The notes under the pieces are model-generated. The model made no database searches and was not told where the DNA came from. It saw only the letters and a program-made list of their open reading frames with translations. From Mesorhizobium sp. (GTDB lineage Bacteria; Pseudomonadota; Alphaproteobacteria; Rhizobiales; Rhizobiaceae), in contig NZ_SUHQ01000002.1 of the NCBI RefSeq assembly GCF_004962245.1, positions 273,469 through 337,468 on the forward strand: a stretch of 64,000 nt of DNA. The letters run 5' to 3'. The first letter of the stretch is position 1; each line of letters starts with the position of its first letter. A program made the position numbers and the translations under genes. Below, piece by piece: positions 1-9,661 of the stretch.

Positions 1-17
1 TCCTTAGGAGTAAAAAG

Positions 18-1397
18 ATGCTCGACCAGTCCAACGAACTCGCCGCCTGGGACCGCGACCACTTCTTCCATCCCTCGACCCATATGGGCACGCATGCACG
101 GGGTGAATCGCCGACCCGCGTGATGGTCGGCGGCGAAGGCGTCACCGTCTGGGACAATAATGGGCGCAAGAGCATCGATGCCTTCGCCGGCCTCTATTGC
201 GTCAATGTCGGCTATGGCCGCCAGAAGATCGCCGACGCCATCGCCGCGCAAGCCAGGAACCTCGCCTACTACCACGCCTATGTCGGCCACGGCACCGAGG
301 CCTCGATCACGCTTGCCAAGATGATCATCGACCGCGCCCCGCAAGGCATGTCGAGGGTCTATTTCGGCCTTTCCGGTTCCGACGCCAACGAAACCAACAT
401 CAAGCTGATTTGGTACTACAACAACGTGCTCGGACGGCCCGAGAAGAAGAAGATCATCTCGCGCTGGCGCGGCTATCACGGCTCCGGCGTCATGACCGGC
501 TCGCTGACCGGGCTCGACCTGTTCCATAACGCCTTCGACCTGCCGCGCGCGCCGATCCTGCACACCGAGGCACCCTACTACTTCCGCCGCGCCGACCGCT
601 CGATGAGCGAGGAGCAGTTCTCGCAACACTGCGCCGACAAGCTGGAGGAGATGATCCTGGCTGAGGGTCCGGACACGGTCGCCGCCTTCATCGGCGAGCC
701 GATCCTCGGCACTGGCGGAATCGTGCCGCCGCCGGCCGGCTATTGGGAGAAGATCCAGGCGGTCCTGAAGAAATACGATGTGCTGCTGGTCGCCGACGAA
801 GTGGTCACCGGTTTCGGCCGGCTGGGCACCATGTTCGGCTCCGACCACTACGGCATCAAGCCGGATCTGATCACCATCGCCAAGGGCCTGACCTCTGCCT
901 ATGCGCCGCTGTCGGGCGTCATCGTCTCGGACAAGGTCTGGCAGGTGCTGGTGCAGGGTTCCGACAAGCTCGGCAGCATAGGCCATGGCTGGACCTATTC
1001 GGCGCATCCGATCTGCGTCGCCGCCGGTGTCGCCAACCTCGAACTGATCGACGAGATGGACCTGGTGACCAACGCCGGCGAGATCGGCGCCTATTTCCGC
1101 GCCGAGCTGGCGAAAGCCGTCGGCGGCCACAAAAACGTCGGCGAGGTGCGCGGCGACGGCATGCTGGCGGCGGTCGAGTTCGTCGCCGACCGGGATGACC
1201 GCGTCTTCTTCGACCCCTCGCAAAAGATCGGGCCGCAGATCGCGACCGCTCTTGCCGAGCGCGGCGTCATCGGTCGCGCCATGCCTCAAGGCGACATCCT
1301 CGGCTTCGCGCCGCCGCTGTGCCTGACGCGCGAAGAGGCCGACATCGTCGTGTCGAAGACGGCCGATGCGGTGAAGAGCGTGTTTGCCAACATCTGA
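18..1397 (+). CDS. class-III (omega) PLP-dependent aminotransferase, putrescine/beta-alanine:pyruvate transaminase-like
   Basis: 459-aa ORF with AGGAG 7 nt upstream of ATG 18. Class-III motifs read in translation: AGLYCVNVGYGR, SGSDANET, VADEVVTGFGRLG, ITIAKGLTSAY (PLP lysine). Confidence 0.9.
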   Translation: MLDQSNELAAWDRDHFFHPSTHMGTHARGESPTRVMVGGEGVTVWDNNGRKSIDAFAGLYCVNVGYGRQKIADAIAAQARNLAYYHAYVGHGTEASITLAKMIIDRAPQGMSRVYFGLSGSDANETNIKLIWYYNNVLGRPEKKKIISRWRGYHGSGVMTGSLTGLDLFHNAFDLPRAPILHTEAPYYFRRADRSMSEEQFSQHCADKLEEMILAEGPDTVAAFIGEPILGTGGIVPPPAGYWEKIQAVLKKYDVLLVADEVVTGFGRLGTMFGSDHYGIKPDLITIAKGLTSAYAPLSGVIVSDKVWQVLVQGSDKLGSIGHGWTYSAHPICVAAGVANLELIDEMDLVTNAGEIGAYFRAELAKAVGGHKNVGEVRGDGMLAAVEFVADRDDRVFFDPSQKIGPQIATALAERGVIGRAMPQGDILGFAPPLCLTREEADIVVSKTADAVKSVFANI

Positions 1398-1405
1398 AAA
1401 CCGAC

Positions 1406-2515
1406 ATGAATGCCATGACCAAAACCCTCCCCACCACCATGGCCGCCGTGCAACTCACCGGTCACGGCGGACCGGAAAAGCTCGTCTACCGCACCGACGT
1501 GAAAGTGCCCTTGCCCGCGCCTGATGAAGTGCTGGTCAAGGTCACCGCTTGCGGCATGAACAACACCGATGTCTGGGTGCGACAAGGCGCCTATGGCACG
1601 GAAGAAGATGATGCCGCCGTGTCCACCTGGCGGCGGCAAGGCAACACGCTGACTTTCCCGCGCATCCAGGGCACCGACACGGTCGGCAACATCGTTGCCG
1701 TCGGTGACGGCGTTTCGCCGGACCGTATCGGCGAGCGGGTGATGGTCGATTTCTCGATCTACAACCGCGACGACGATTCGCTTGCCGACATCGACTATAT
1801 GGGCCACGGCCGCGACGGCGGCTATGCCGAATACCAGACCGTGCCGGCCGAGAACGCGCATGTCGTCGATACCGACTTGACCGATGTCGAACTCGCCACC
1901 TTCTGCTGCGCCTATCTCACCGGCGAACAGATGCTGGAACGCGCCGCACTGAAGGCAGGCGAGCGCGTGCTGGTCACCGGTGCGTCGGGCGGGGTCGGCT
2001 CCGGCATCGTGCAGCTGGCGCGGGCACGCGGCGCCATTCCCTATGCGATTGTCGGCAAGGGCAAGGAACAGGCCGTGCTCGACATCGGCGCCGAGGCGGT
2101 GATCACCCGTGACACTGCCGATCTGCTCGCCGCCGTTAACGAGGCGACCGAGGGCCAGCCGATCGACGTGGTTGCCGACCTGGTAGGCGGTGCCATATTC
2201 AATGATCTTCTGCGCATCCTCAGGCCCGAGGGCCGCTACACCACCGCAGGAGCGATTGCTGGCCCGGTCGTGCAGCTCGATCTCAGGACCATGTACCTCA
2301 AACAACTTCAACTGCATGGCTCGAGCCAGGGCACGCGGAAGGATTTCCGCCGCATCGTCCGCTACATCGAGGACAAGAAGATCCGGCCGCTGGTCGGCGG
2401 CGTCTACAGGCTGTCCGATTTCCACCGCGCCCAGGTGGATTTCATCGCCAAGGATTTTGTCGGCAAGCTGGTGGTCGTTCCGGATGCCGTTTCAGATCTC
2501 GCTGCAACCCATTGA
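1406..2515 (+). CDS. zinc-type alcohol dehydrogenase / quinone oxidoreductase family (MDR) protein
   Basis: In-frame ATG 1406 lies 9 nt after the upstream stop; ATG 1415 is an alternative. GroES-like N-terminus VLVKVTACGMNNTDVWVRQG and Rossmann motif VLVTGASGGVGSGIVQLAR. The track ORF from 1319 overlaps the previous gene. Confidence 0.8.
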   Translation: MNAMTKTLPTTMAAVQLTGHGGPEKLVYRTDVKVPLPAPDEVLVKVTACGMNNTDVWVRQGAYGTEEDDAAVSTWRRQGNTLTFPRIQGTDTVGNIVAVGDGVSPDRIGERVMVDFSIYNRDDDSLADIDYMGHGRDGGYAEYQTVPAENAHVVDTDLTDVELATFCCAYLTGEQMLERAALKAGERVLVTGASGGVGSGIVQLARARGAIPYAIVGKGKEQAVLDIGAEAVITRDTADLLAAVNEATEGQPIDVVADLVGGAIFNDLLRILRPEGRYTTAGAIAGPVVQLDLRTMYLKQLQLHGSSQGTRKDFRRIVRYIEDKKIRPLVGGVYRLSDFHRAQVDFIAKDFVGKLVVVPDAVSDLAATH

Positions 2516-2609
2516 CAGTCAAGACTATTCGAGGGCTTGGCCTGTTCGCCGATACGGCAAGGTCGAGCGCGACCTTGCGGCGCCGCGACTGCTCGTTCCG
2601 ATGACCCAT

Positions 2610-3986
2610 TCAGCTCTGTGATCCGACCTGTCTGCTGGCGGTTTCTAGCGATCTTTCAAACGCGTCGACTATCTGATCGACCTGCGGCTCGGTGATGATC
2701 AGCGGCGGGCAGAAGGCCAGCGCGTCGCCCATGTTGCGCGAGATGACGCCGTTCTGCTGCATGAAGCCGTTGACAAGCCCGCCCAGCGCGCCGGCCGTCT
2801 CCCACGGTGCCTTGTTCGCCTTGTCGCCGACCAGTTCGACCGCCGCGATCAGGCCGACGCCGCGTACCTCGCCGACAAGCGGGTGCGAAGCGAGCGTGCG
2901 CAGCCGCTTCTGCATATGCGCGCCGACTGTGCGCGCATTGCCGACAAGGTCGCGCTCCTCGATCAGCTTGAGGTTTTCGAACGCGACCGCCGCCGCAACG
3001 GGATGGCCACCGCCGGTGAAGCCGTGACCGAAGGTACCGATCCGGTTGCTTTCGTCGGCAATCGGCTCGAAAACCTTTTCGTTGATCAGCAGGGCCGAGA
3101 TCGGCAGGTAGGACGAAGAAATCTGCTTCGACAGCACCATGATATCAGGCCTGATGCCGAAGGTCTGCGAGCCGAACATCTCGCCGGTTCGGCCAAAGCC
3201 GCAGATGACCTCGTCGGCGACGAGCAGGATGTCGTATTTCGACAGGACCGCCTGGATCTTCTCCCAGTAGCCGGCCGGCGGAACGATGACACCACCGGCG
3301 CCCATGATCGGTTCGCCGAAAAAGGCGGCGATGGTTTCCGGGCCCTCGGCAAGGATCAGCTTTTCCAAGTCGTCGGCGAGCCGGCTCGAAAACTGCTCTT
3401 CGCTCTCATTTGGCAGCGCCTCGCGCCAGTGATGCGGCGTCGACGTGTGCAGCACATTGGCGATCGGCAGGTCGAAGGAAATGTGGTTGTTGGGCAGTCC
3501 GGTCAGGCTCGCCGAGGCGATGGTGACGCCGTGATAGCCGCGATTGCGGCTGATGATCTTCTTGCGTGCCGGCTGACCGAGCGCATTCGACCGGTACCAG
3601 ATCATCTTCATGGCTGAATCGTTGGCCTCGGAGCCGGAATTGGTGAAATACGCCTTGCTCATCGGCACCGGCGCCATCTGCACCAGTCTCTCGGCAAGAT
3701 CGATCAGCGGCGAATGCGATTTGGAACCGAAGTCGTGATAGTAGGGCAGCTTCGACATCTGGCGTACCGCCGCGTCGACCAGGCGCTTCTCCGAGAAGCC
3801 GACTGCGACGCTCCAAAGGCCGGCCATCGCCTCGATGTAGCGGTTGCCGGCCAGATCCTCGACATAGATGCCGTCGCCCTTCTCGATGACGAGCGGACCC
3901 GCCTCCTGATGCTTGCGGGCATTGGTGTAGCCATGCATGTGGTAGCTGATGTCGCGGGCTTCGGGAGAATTCGGTCGGGCGTCCAT
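2610..3986 (-). CDS. class-III PLP-dependent aminotransferase (second paralogue, convergent with the first pair)
   Basis: Motifs GLWSVAVGFSE, SGSEANDSA, VADEVICGFGRTG, VLSKQISSSY. Start moved to ATG 3986 (MDARPNS...), preceded by AGGACAGGA; the upstream 31 codons look non-coding. Confidence 0.88.
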   Translation of the reverse strand: MDARPNSPEARDISYHMHGYTNARKHQEAGPLVIEKGDGIYVEDLAGNRYIEAMAGLWSVAVGFSEKRLVDAAVRQMSKLPYYHDFGSKSHSPLIDLAERLVQMAPVPMSKAYFTNSGSEANDSAMKMIWYRSNALGQPARKKIISRNRGYHGVTIASASLTGLPNNHISFDLPIANVLHTSTPHHWREALPNESEEQFSSRLADDLEKLILAEGPETIAAFFGEPIMGAGGVIVPPAGYWEKIQAVLSKYDILLVADEVICGFGRTGEMFGSQTFGIRPDIMVLSKQISSSYLPISALLINEKVFEPIADESNRIGTFGHGFTGGGHPVAAAVAFENLKLIEERDLVGNARTVGAHMQKRLRTLASHPLVGEVRGVGLIAAVELVGDKANKAPWETAGALGGLVNGFMQQNGVISRNMGDALAFCPPLIITEPQVDQIVDAFERSLETASRQVGSQS

Positions 3987-4262
3987 GCTGGTTCCTGTCC
4001 TGTATGCCGGGACGTGGATCCTGCCGCCGTTCGGCGCGCATCGGCAGGTTCCCTCTTGCATTGATGCTGTTTGATGCATCTGTTTCCTGTAACGGTGTCA
4101 AGCCATTTCGGAAGGCTGGCGGATGGACGCAGACGTATGCAGAATTTCGGCTTCGAGGCCCTGGAGCGCGAGAACCTGCGCGAAGTTGTCTGCGCTTCGC
4201 CGGGACATGATCCTCGAACGGCTTACCAGCAGGCACAACAACAAGGCTGAGGTGGCCTGATC

Positions 4263-5399
4263 ATGGACCATGTCGACTGCATCGTCGCCGGCGCCGGCGT
4301 CATTGGCCTCGCGATCGCACGAGGCATGGCGCGCCGCGGCATGGATACCCTGATCCTCGAGGCAGAGAACGCCATCGGCACCGGGACCAGTTCGCGCAAT
4401 TCCGAGGTCATCCATGCCGGCATCTACTATCCGGCCGGATCACTGAAGGCCCGGTTCTGTCTGGCAGGCCGGGAGAAGCTCTACCGTTACTGCGAGGAGC
4501 GGGCGGTCCCGCATGCGCGCTGCGGCAAGCTCATCGTCGCCACGGATGCCGAACAGGAGCCGGTGCTCGCTTCCATCCGAGCCAGTGCATCTGCTTGCGG
4601 CGCGGGCGACCTGACGCCCTTGACCGCGGTAGAGGCGCGCAGGCTGGAGCCCAGGCTGCGGTGCACGGCGGCCCTGCTGTCTCCCGCCACCGGCATCATC
4701 GACAGCCACGCCCTGATGCTTGCGCTGCTGGGCGACGCTGAGGAGCACGGGGCGGCGCTCAGCCTCAACACCCGCATCGTCGCCGGCCGCATCGAGGGCG
4801 GGCAAGTCGAGGGGAGCAGCATCGTGCTCGACACGATCGACGGCACCAGCGGCGAGCGATTTGAAATCGCCACCACGCGCTTCGTCAACGCCGCCGGGCT
4901 TGACGCCACGGCACTTGCCGGCTCGCTTGACGGGCTCGACCCGCAATTCGTGCCAAGACTTCGCTACGCCAAGGGCAATTATTTTTCGGTCGCCGGCCGG
5001 GCGCCCTTCTCGCGGCTGGTCTATCCCGTGCCCGAACCCGGCGGGCTCGGCGTGCATCTGACGCTCGACCTCGATGGCGTCGCCCGCTTCGGGCCGGATG
5101 TCGAATGGACGGATCAACTCGACTATCGCGTCGATCCGGCTCGCGGCGAACGCTTCTACAACGAGATCCGCAAATACTGGCCGGACCTGGCCGATGGCAG
5201 CCTGCAGCCGGCCTATAGCGGCATCCGGCCAAAACTCTCCGGTCCCGGCGAAGCCAATGCCGACTTCGTCATCCAGGACGCGGCGGTGCACGGCGTGCAG
5301 GGCCTGGTCAATCTGTTCGGCATCGAGAGCCCCGGCCTGACGTCAAGCCTGGCGATCGCCGACCACGTTGTGCAGCGCCTCGCGCCGAAGGCGAGCTAA
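4263..5399 (+). CDS. FAD-dependent oxidoreductase (DAO family, L-2-hydroxyglutarate oxidase/YgaF-like)
   Basis: 378 aa. N-terminal dinucleotide fold [22 protein letters not shown], then [29 protein letters not shown] stop at 5397-5399. Confidence 0.8.
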   Translation: MDHVDCIVAGAGVIGLAIARGMARRGMDTLILEAENAIGTGTSSRNSEVIHAGIYYPAGSLKARFCLAGREKLYRYCEERAVPHARCGKLIVATDAEQEPVLASIRASASACGAGDLTPLTAVEARRLEPRLRCTAALLSPATGIIDSHALMLALLGDAEEHGAALSLNTRIVAGRIEGGQVEGSSIVLDTIDGTSGERFEIATTRFVNAAGLDATALAGSLDGLDPQFVPRLRYAKGNYFSVAGRAPFSRLVYPVPEPGGLGVHLTLDLDGVARFGPDVEWTDQLDYRVDPARGERFYNEIRKYWPDLADGSLQPAYSGIRPKLSGPGEANADFVIQDAAVHGVQGLVNLFGIESPGLTSSLAIADHVVQRLAPKAS

Positions 5400-5503
5400 T
5401 GCATGTCGCCCAAAAGTGCGCAGCGGTTTTGGGATAACGACATGCAGAAAAACAAGAACTTAAAGCGCGTCGCATGAATCCCTTCAGACGCGACGCGCTT
5501 TAG
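5397..5503 (+). repeat. family-A ~105-bp two-hairpin intergenic element, copy 1 (MITE/RIME-like)
   Basis: TAATGCATGTCGC...CGACATGCA hairpin plus AAAGCGCGTCGC...GCGACGCGCTTT hairpin. About 85-90% identical by eye to 15668-15773. The first 3 nt are the TAA stop of the upstream CDS. Confidence 0.8.
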
Positions 5504-5811
5504 TCGAGGCGACACCCAGCGAGCGCGCCCGCCGCTAAGAGCGTAGCCAAACCGCCCGTAAGCCATCCGTAAGCCGGGGTCGCGGAACCTCAGCCCGTCG
5601 ATCACAGCCGACCACCGGAGGCTTCGAGTTCCCCGGAACCGTCGGCTCCATGACGGGGTCCAGATGGCTACTCAGGTACTTCGCACCGAAGCCACGAACA
5701 TCGAGCCGGCGGCACGCTTTCGTCGATGGAGACATCGCGAGAGGCACACCAGAAAGCCCAGCCCTGGCATTCTAGACCGCCCGGGGCAACCAAACGACGG
5801 GGATCATCGAT

Positions 5812-6030
5812 ATGAAGGACCGTTTCGAAGCCATACCGAACCCGAGCTGCCGGTTCGAGATCTGGGACAATGAGAGCGGCGAGCCCGTCGTCCGTCACGG
5901 TCGGTTGCTAACCTTCGCCTCGGCGAAGTCGGCGGCGCGGATCGCCGACGTCCTCAATGACAGCCGCAGCCTCCGCCGCGACGGCGCCGAATGGCGCGTT
6001 TCGGACCGCGACGTTGGCTTGCGAGGATGA
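5812..6030 (+). CDS. small hypothetical protein (72 aa)
   Basis: Third-position G+C is about 85% by hand count, far above the antisense alternative 5668..5898. GGGGA lies upstream of the ATG. An 11-bp perfect-stem hairpin follows. I recognised no family. Confidence 0.45.
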   Translation: MKDRFEAIPNPSCRFEIWDNESGEPVVRHGRLLTFASAKSAARIADVLNDSRSLRRDGAEWRVSDRDVGLRG

Positions 6031-6055
6031 TCGCCAAACTGCTCTGCCTTGCGAT

Positions 6056-6093
6056 GCCTTTGCGCGTCCAAAAGGACACGCGCGCGCAAAGGC
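6056..6093. terminator. stem-loop between convergent genes (possible bidirectional terminator)
   Basis: GCCTTTGCGCG (6056-6066) pairs perfectly with CGCGCAAAGGC (6083-6093) across a 16-nt loop. It lies between the stop of the 72-aa ORF (6030) and the stop of the CBS gene (6181). The only T-run (GGTTTTGG) is about 20 nt downstream. Confidence 0.35.
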
Positions 6094-6180
6094 GTGAATC
6101 CGGTGCGGTTTTGGATTCGAAGTCCCTGAGAACGCCGATGCCGTCAATGGAGCAGGAACTTCAAGCTCACATATGACGCA

Positions 6181-6618
6181 TCAATGCGCCGTCTGCGAAT
6201 GGTCGCCGCCCGGCCGCGAAATGCCGCCCAGCGCTTCGCCGGCCCAGGCTGCCTCGCCATTCGTGGCGAGATCGCCGAGCGAGACAATGCCAACCAACCG
6301 CCGGTCGCGGCTGATCACCGGCAGCCGCCGCAGTTTGAGATTGCCCATGTGCTGAAGGACATCGTCGACTTCCTGGTCGTCAAAGCAGCATCGTACCTCG
6401 GCGCTCATCACGTCCCTGATCTTGGCGTCGGGGCCTTTGCCCTCCGCGATCCCACGGACGGCAATGTCGCGGTCCGTGATCATTCCGACCAGCCGGTCAT
6501 TCTCACCGACGGGCAGAACACCGGCATCAAGATCGGCCATGGCTCGTGCGGCATCCTGCAAGGATTGGTCCGGACTGGCGACCTGAACATTCTGTGTCAT
6601 GCACTCGCTGATTCTCAT
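6181..6618 (-). CDS. CBS domain pair protein
   Basis: 145 aa with two CBS repeats (VLPVGENDRLVGMITDRDIAVR and RLPVISRDRRLVGIVSLGDLA). GAGGAGAA RBS. Confidence 0.85.
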   Translation of the reverse strand: MRISECMTQNVQVASPDQSLQDAARAMADLDAGVLPVGENDRLVGMITDRDIAVRGIAEGKGPDAKIRDVMSAEVRCCFDDQEVDDVLQHMGNLKLRRLPVISRDRRLVGIVSLGDLATNGEAAWAGEALGGISRPGGDHSQTAH

Positions 6619-6852
6619 GATTTTCTCCTCGAGGTGCAGCGCCCCGCCGATCCTGTGATCAAGGTGTGATCAAGGAAGAATGAACGCCTGTCGGAATCGT
6701 TCCATCTTTCCACCGCGCGCGACGGGTCCGGACAGAGCCTCCACCAGTGTGATGGACCGGGCGATGTGACGTGACGGACCGGGAACCATAATCCGGCACA
6801 ATGGTTGAGTGGTCACCGAGTGGTCCTCCTCGAGCAAACGGAAGGAAAGATC

Positions 6853-7278
6853 ATGCGCATGCTGATGACAATTGCCGCCCTTTCGGGATTGGCCCTCGCG
6901 CAGCCGATCCACGCGCAGCCCACCGACCCGCAGCCGCCCCAAATCGCACCCCAAGCCCCGGAAGCCCTGCCCGATCCAAGCCTGCCCGACCTGCCGCAGC
7001 CTGACCAAGCCATGCCGGATCAAGGTTTTACCGACCAGAACTTCACCGGCATTGCGATCATCGCCCTCGAGGACTTGCCCCCGGAACTCAAAACGCAGGC
7101 CGAGGCCGTGATCACCCAGACCAGCGTTGAAGATCTGCTTACCCTGCAGAGCTCGATCGATGCGTCGCCGCAGGCGGCGTCGGCGCTGGCGGCGAACGGG
7201 CTTGATTCCTCGCAGGTTGTCGCTGCCAACGTCGACGGCGACGGCACGCTGACGCTGATCATCCAGACAACGACCTGA
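6853..7278 (+). CDS. secreted proline/glutamine-rich protein of unknown function
   Basis: Start moved to ATG 6853 (GGAAGGAAAG RBS). Signal peptide MRMLMTIAALSGLALAQPIHA, then a PQ-rich low-complexity stretch. Ends 74 bp upstream of nuoD on the same strand. Confidence 0.6.
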   Translation: MRMLMTIAALSGLALAQPIHAQPTDPQPPQIAPQAPEALPDPSLPDLPQPDQAMPDQGFTDQNFTGIAIIALEDLPPELKTQAEAVITQTSVEDLLTLQSSIDASPQAASALAANGLDSSQVVAANVDGDGTLTLIIQTTT

Positions 7279-7351
7279 TCGGCAGTCCCGGCGTGGCGGA
7301 CCGGAGTACTCGCTTCGGCCGTGAAAAAACGCAGTACAGCGGAGCACCGTC

Positions 7352-8542
7352 ATGGTCGAAGCCGCAGTTCGCAACTTCACCCTCAACTTCGGTCCGCAGC
7401 ATCCGTCTGCTCACGGCGTCCTGCGGCTGGTGCTGGAACTGGATGGCGAGGTCGTCGACCGCGCCGATCCCCATATCGGCCTGCTCCACCGCGGCACGGA
7501 AAAACTCATCGAGTACAAGAACTATCTGCAGGCGCTGCCCTATTTCGACCGGCTCGACTATGTCGCGCCGATGAACCAGGAGCATGCGTTCTGCCTCGCC
7601 GCCGAGAAGCTGCTCGAAATCTCGATCCCCAGGCGCGGACAGCTCATCCGTGTCCTCTTTTGCGAAATCGGCCGGCTCTTGTCGCATCTCCTCAACGTCA
7701 CGACACAGGCCATGGATATCGGCGCGCTGACCCCGCCGCTCTGGGGTTTCGCCGAGCGCGAGAAGCTGATGGTCTTCTACGAGCGCGCCTCCGGCGCCCG
7801 CATGCATGCGAATTACTTCAGGGTCGGCGGCGTGCACCAGGATCTGCCTCCAAAGCTCCTGGACGACATCTGGGCTTTCTGCGATCCGTTCCTCAAGGTC
7901 TGCGACAACCTCGAGGACCTGCTCACCGAAAATCGCATCTTCAAGCAGCGCAATGTCGACATCGGCGCGATCGGGCTGGACGACGCCTGGGCCTGGGGCT
8001 TCTCCGGTGTGATGGTGCGCGGATCGGGAGCGGCGTGGGACCTGCGCAAGGCGCAGCCCTATGAATGCTACCCCGAGATGGATTTCGACATTCCCGTCGG
8101 CAAGAACGGCGACTGCTATGACCGCTATCTCCTGCGCATGGAGGAAATGCGCCAGTCGGTCCGGATCATGAAGCAATGCCTGGAGAAATTGCGGTCGCCG
8201 GAAGGCCGGGGGCCGGTCGCTATTCCGAACCAGAAGATCACCCCGCCACCGCGGGCGACGATGAAACGCTCGATGGAAGCGACCATCCACCATTTCAAAC
8301 TGTACACGGAGGGTATTCGCGTGCCCGCCGGAGAGGTCTACGCTGCCGTTGAGGCACCGAAGGGCGAATTCGGCGTCTATCTGGTTTCAAATGGCAGCAA
8401 CACTCCGTATCGATGCAAGATCCGCGCGCCGTCCTTTGCCCATCTGCAGGCGATGGATTTTCTGTCGAGAGGGCACATGATCGCCGATGTCGCCGCGATC
8501 ATCGGATCGCTCGATATCGTGTTCGGCGAGATCGACCGCTAG
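7352..8542 (+). CDS. nuoD: NADH-quinone oxidoreductase subunit D (complex I 49-kDa subunit), orphan copy
   Basis: 396 aa, full length. [66 protein letters not shown]-terminal [13 protein letters not shown] lies 7 nt upstream of the ATG. No other nuo gene is in the window. Confidence 0.93.
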   Translation: MVEAAVRNFTLNFGPQHPSAHGVLRLVLELDGEVVDRADPHIGLLHRGTEKLIEYKNYLQALPYFDRLDYVAPMNQEHAFCLAAEKLLEISIPRRGQLIRVLFCEIGRLLSHLLNVTTQAMDIGALTPPLWGFAEREKLMVFYERASGARMHANYFRVGGVHQDLPPKLLDDIWAFCDPFLKVCDNLEDLLTENRIFKQRNVDIGAIGLDDAWAWGFSGVMVRGSGAAWDLRKAQPYECYPEMDFDIPVGKNGDCYDRYLLRMEEMRQSVRIMKQCLEKLRSPEGRGPVAIPNQKITPPPRATMKRSMEATIHHFKLYTEGIRVPAGEVYAAVEAPKGEFGVYLVSNGSNTPYRCKIRAPSFAHLQAMDFLSRGHMIADVAAIIGSLDIVFGEIDR

Positions 8543-8645
8543 AGCATTCTGCAGCCAAGTGGAATCACTTGGCATCGCAGAAATGCGGCTAAAACAAATA
8601 GATAGAGCGGGATGCCCAGTTCAGCTTGAACGCGTCCCCGCTCTA
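8540..8645 (+). repeat. family-B ~105-bp hairpin element, copy 1
   Basis: TAGAGCATTCTGCAGCC...CCCCGCTCTA. About 80-85% identical by eye to the reverse complement of 60856-60960. Terminal TAGAGC/GCTCTA inverted repeat. The first 3 nt are the TAG stop of nuoD. Confidence 0.8.
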
Positions 8646-8662
8646 ACGACGCGCAAGGTGTT

Positions 8663-9172
8663 TCAGATTTCGAGCAAGGCGTAGGGACGGCCGGTCGGCT
8701 TCGCCACGTGCATGGCGACGTTAAGCTCCGTCGGGCCGACGATCCGCACCCGGCTGCCCAGCAAATCGATTTGCCGTGCGTGCTCCAGCCACTGGTCGCT
8801 GACAGGCATGGTTCCGTTCGCCGATGCGAATATGACGTCAAAGAAATGCGTGCCCTTGAAGACCTTGCCGAGCCACCGGTCATCCAAGATCTCGACCGCA
8901 TAACCGGCCTGCTTGAAATGCGCGAGAATGCGGGCGTAGTCGCCGGCCTTGCAGAAAATGTCGAGATCCTTCGTCCGGCGCGTGACGCCCGTATAGGCGC
9001 TCACCGCGTAGGTGCCGGCGACAAGAAAGGGGATGTCCGTCGCGGCGAGTTCGCGGATCGCCTCGGTGTAGAAGATTTCGGCCTCGGCGTGCTGAAGCGT
9101 CGGCTCCGCTTTTGCATCGATCGTCGGAACGGATGCCGGGATGGCGCTTTCCGGTGTAGAATAATTGGTCAT
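8663..9172 (-). CDS. nucleotidyltransferase (pol-beta superfamily) protein
   Basis: NTase signature GTYAVSAYTGVTRRTKDLDIF (G-x...D-x-D). Start set at ATG 9172 (MTNYSTPE); the TTG at 9223 in the track is less likely. The 3' end lies 18 bp from family-B copy 1. Confidence 0.65.
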   Translation of the reverse strand: MTNYSTPESAIPASVPTIDAKAEPTLQHAEAEIFYTEAIRELAATDIPFLVAGTYAVSAYTGVTRRTKDLDIFCKAGDYARILAHFKQAGYAVEILDDRWLGKVFKGTHFFDVIFASANGTMPVSDQWLEHARQIDLLGSRVRIVGPTELNVAMHVAKPTGRPYALLEI

Positions 9173-9376
9173 GAAACCGTGGCTCCGAGACCCAGCAACC
9201 TGCAACTGTCCGTCCTTAAACAAGGCCGCCGCCGCATGGTTCCGTTGCCGGCGTCATGCAAACGAACGTCTCCATCGCACTGCCAGGCAGCTGAAACCGT
9301 CAAAAAAGGCGGGGATGGAGCCTTTTTTGCCGCCGGCGAGTTGAAGGTATGAAAAACCACCGGCACGGAGGTGACC

Positions 9377-9661
9377 ATGGAGAACGAGCGCAAGGCGGTA
9401 CGCGTCAGGCTCAGTGGAAGGGTGCAAGGCGTCTCTTTTCGCGTGTGGACACGGACCCAGGCCGAGAAGCTCGGTCTGTCCGGATGGGTCCGCAACGAGG
9501 ATGACGGATCCGTAACGGCACTGATCGTCGGTGCTGAAGGCGCAGTTTCGACGATGATGGACCGGTTCTGGAAAGGGCCGAACGGGGCGTCGGTCTCCGG
9601 CGTGACATCCCAAGATGTCGATCCCGGCCAGGAGCCGAACGGATTCAGGATCATCGGCTAG
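9377..9661 (+). CDS. acyP: acylphosphatase
   Basis: About 94 aa. VRLSGRVQGVSFRVWT and GWVRNEDDGSV are the two acylphosphatase signatures. GGAG lies 6 nt before ATG 9377; the track GTG 9371 abuts the RBS. Confidence 0.88.
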   Translation: MENERKAVRVRLSGRVQGVSFRVWTRTQAEKLGLSGWVRNEDDGSVTALIVGAEGAVSTMMDRFWKGPNGASVSGVTSQDVDPGQEPNGFRIIG

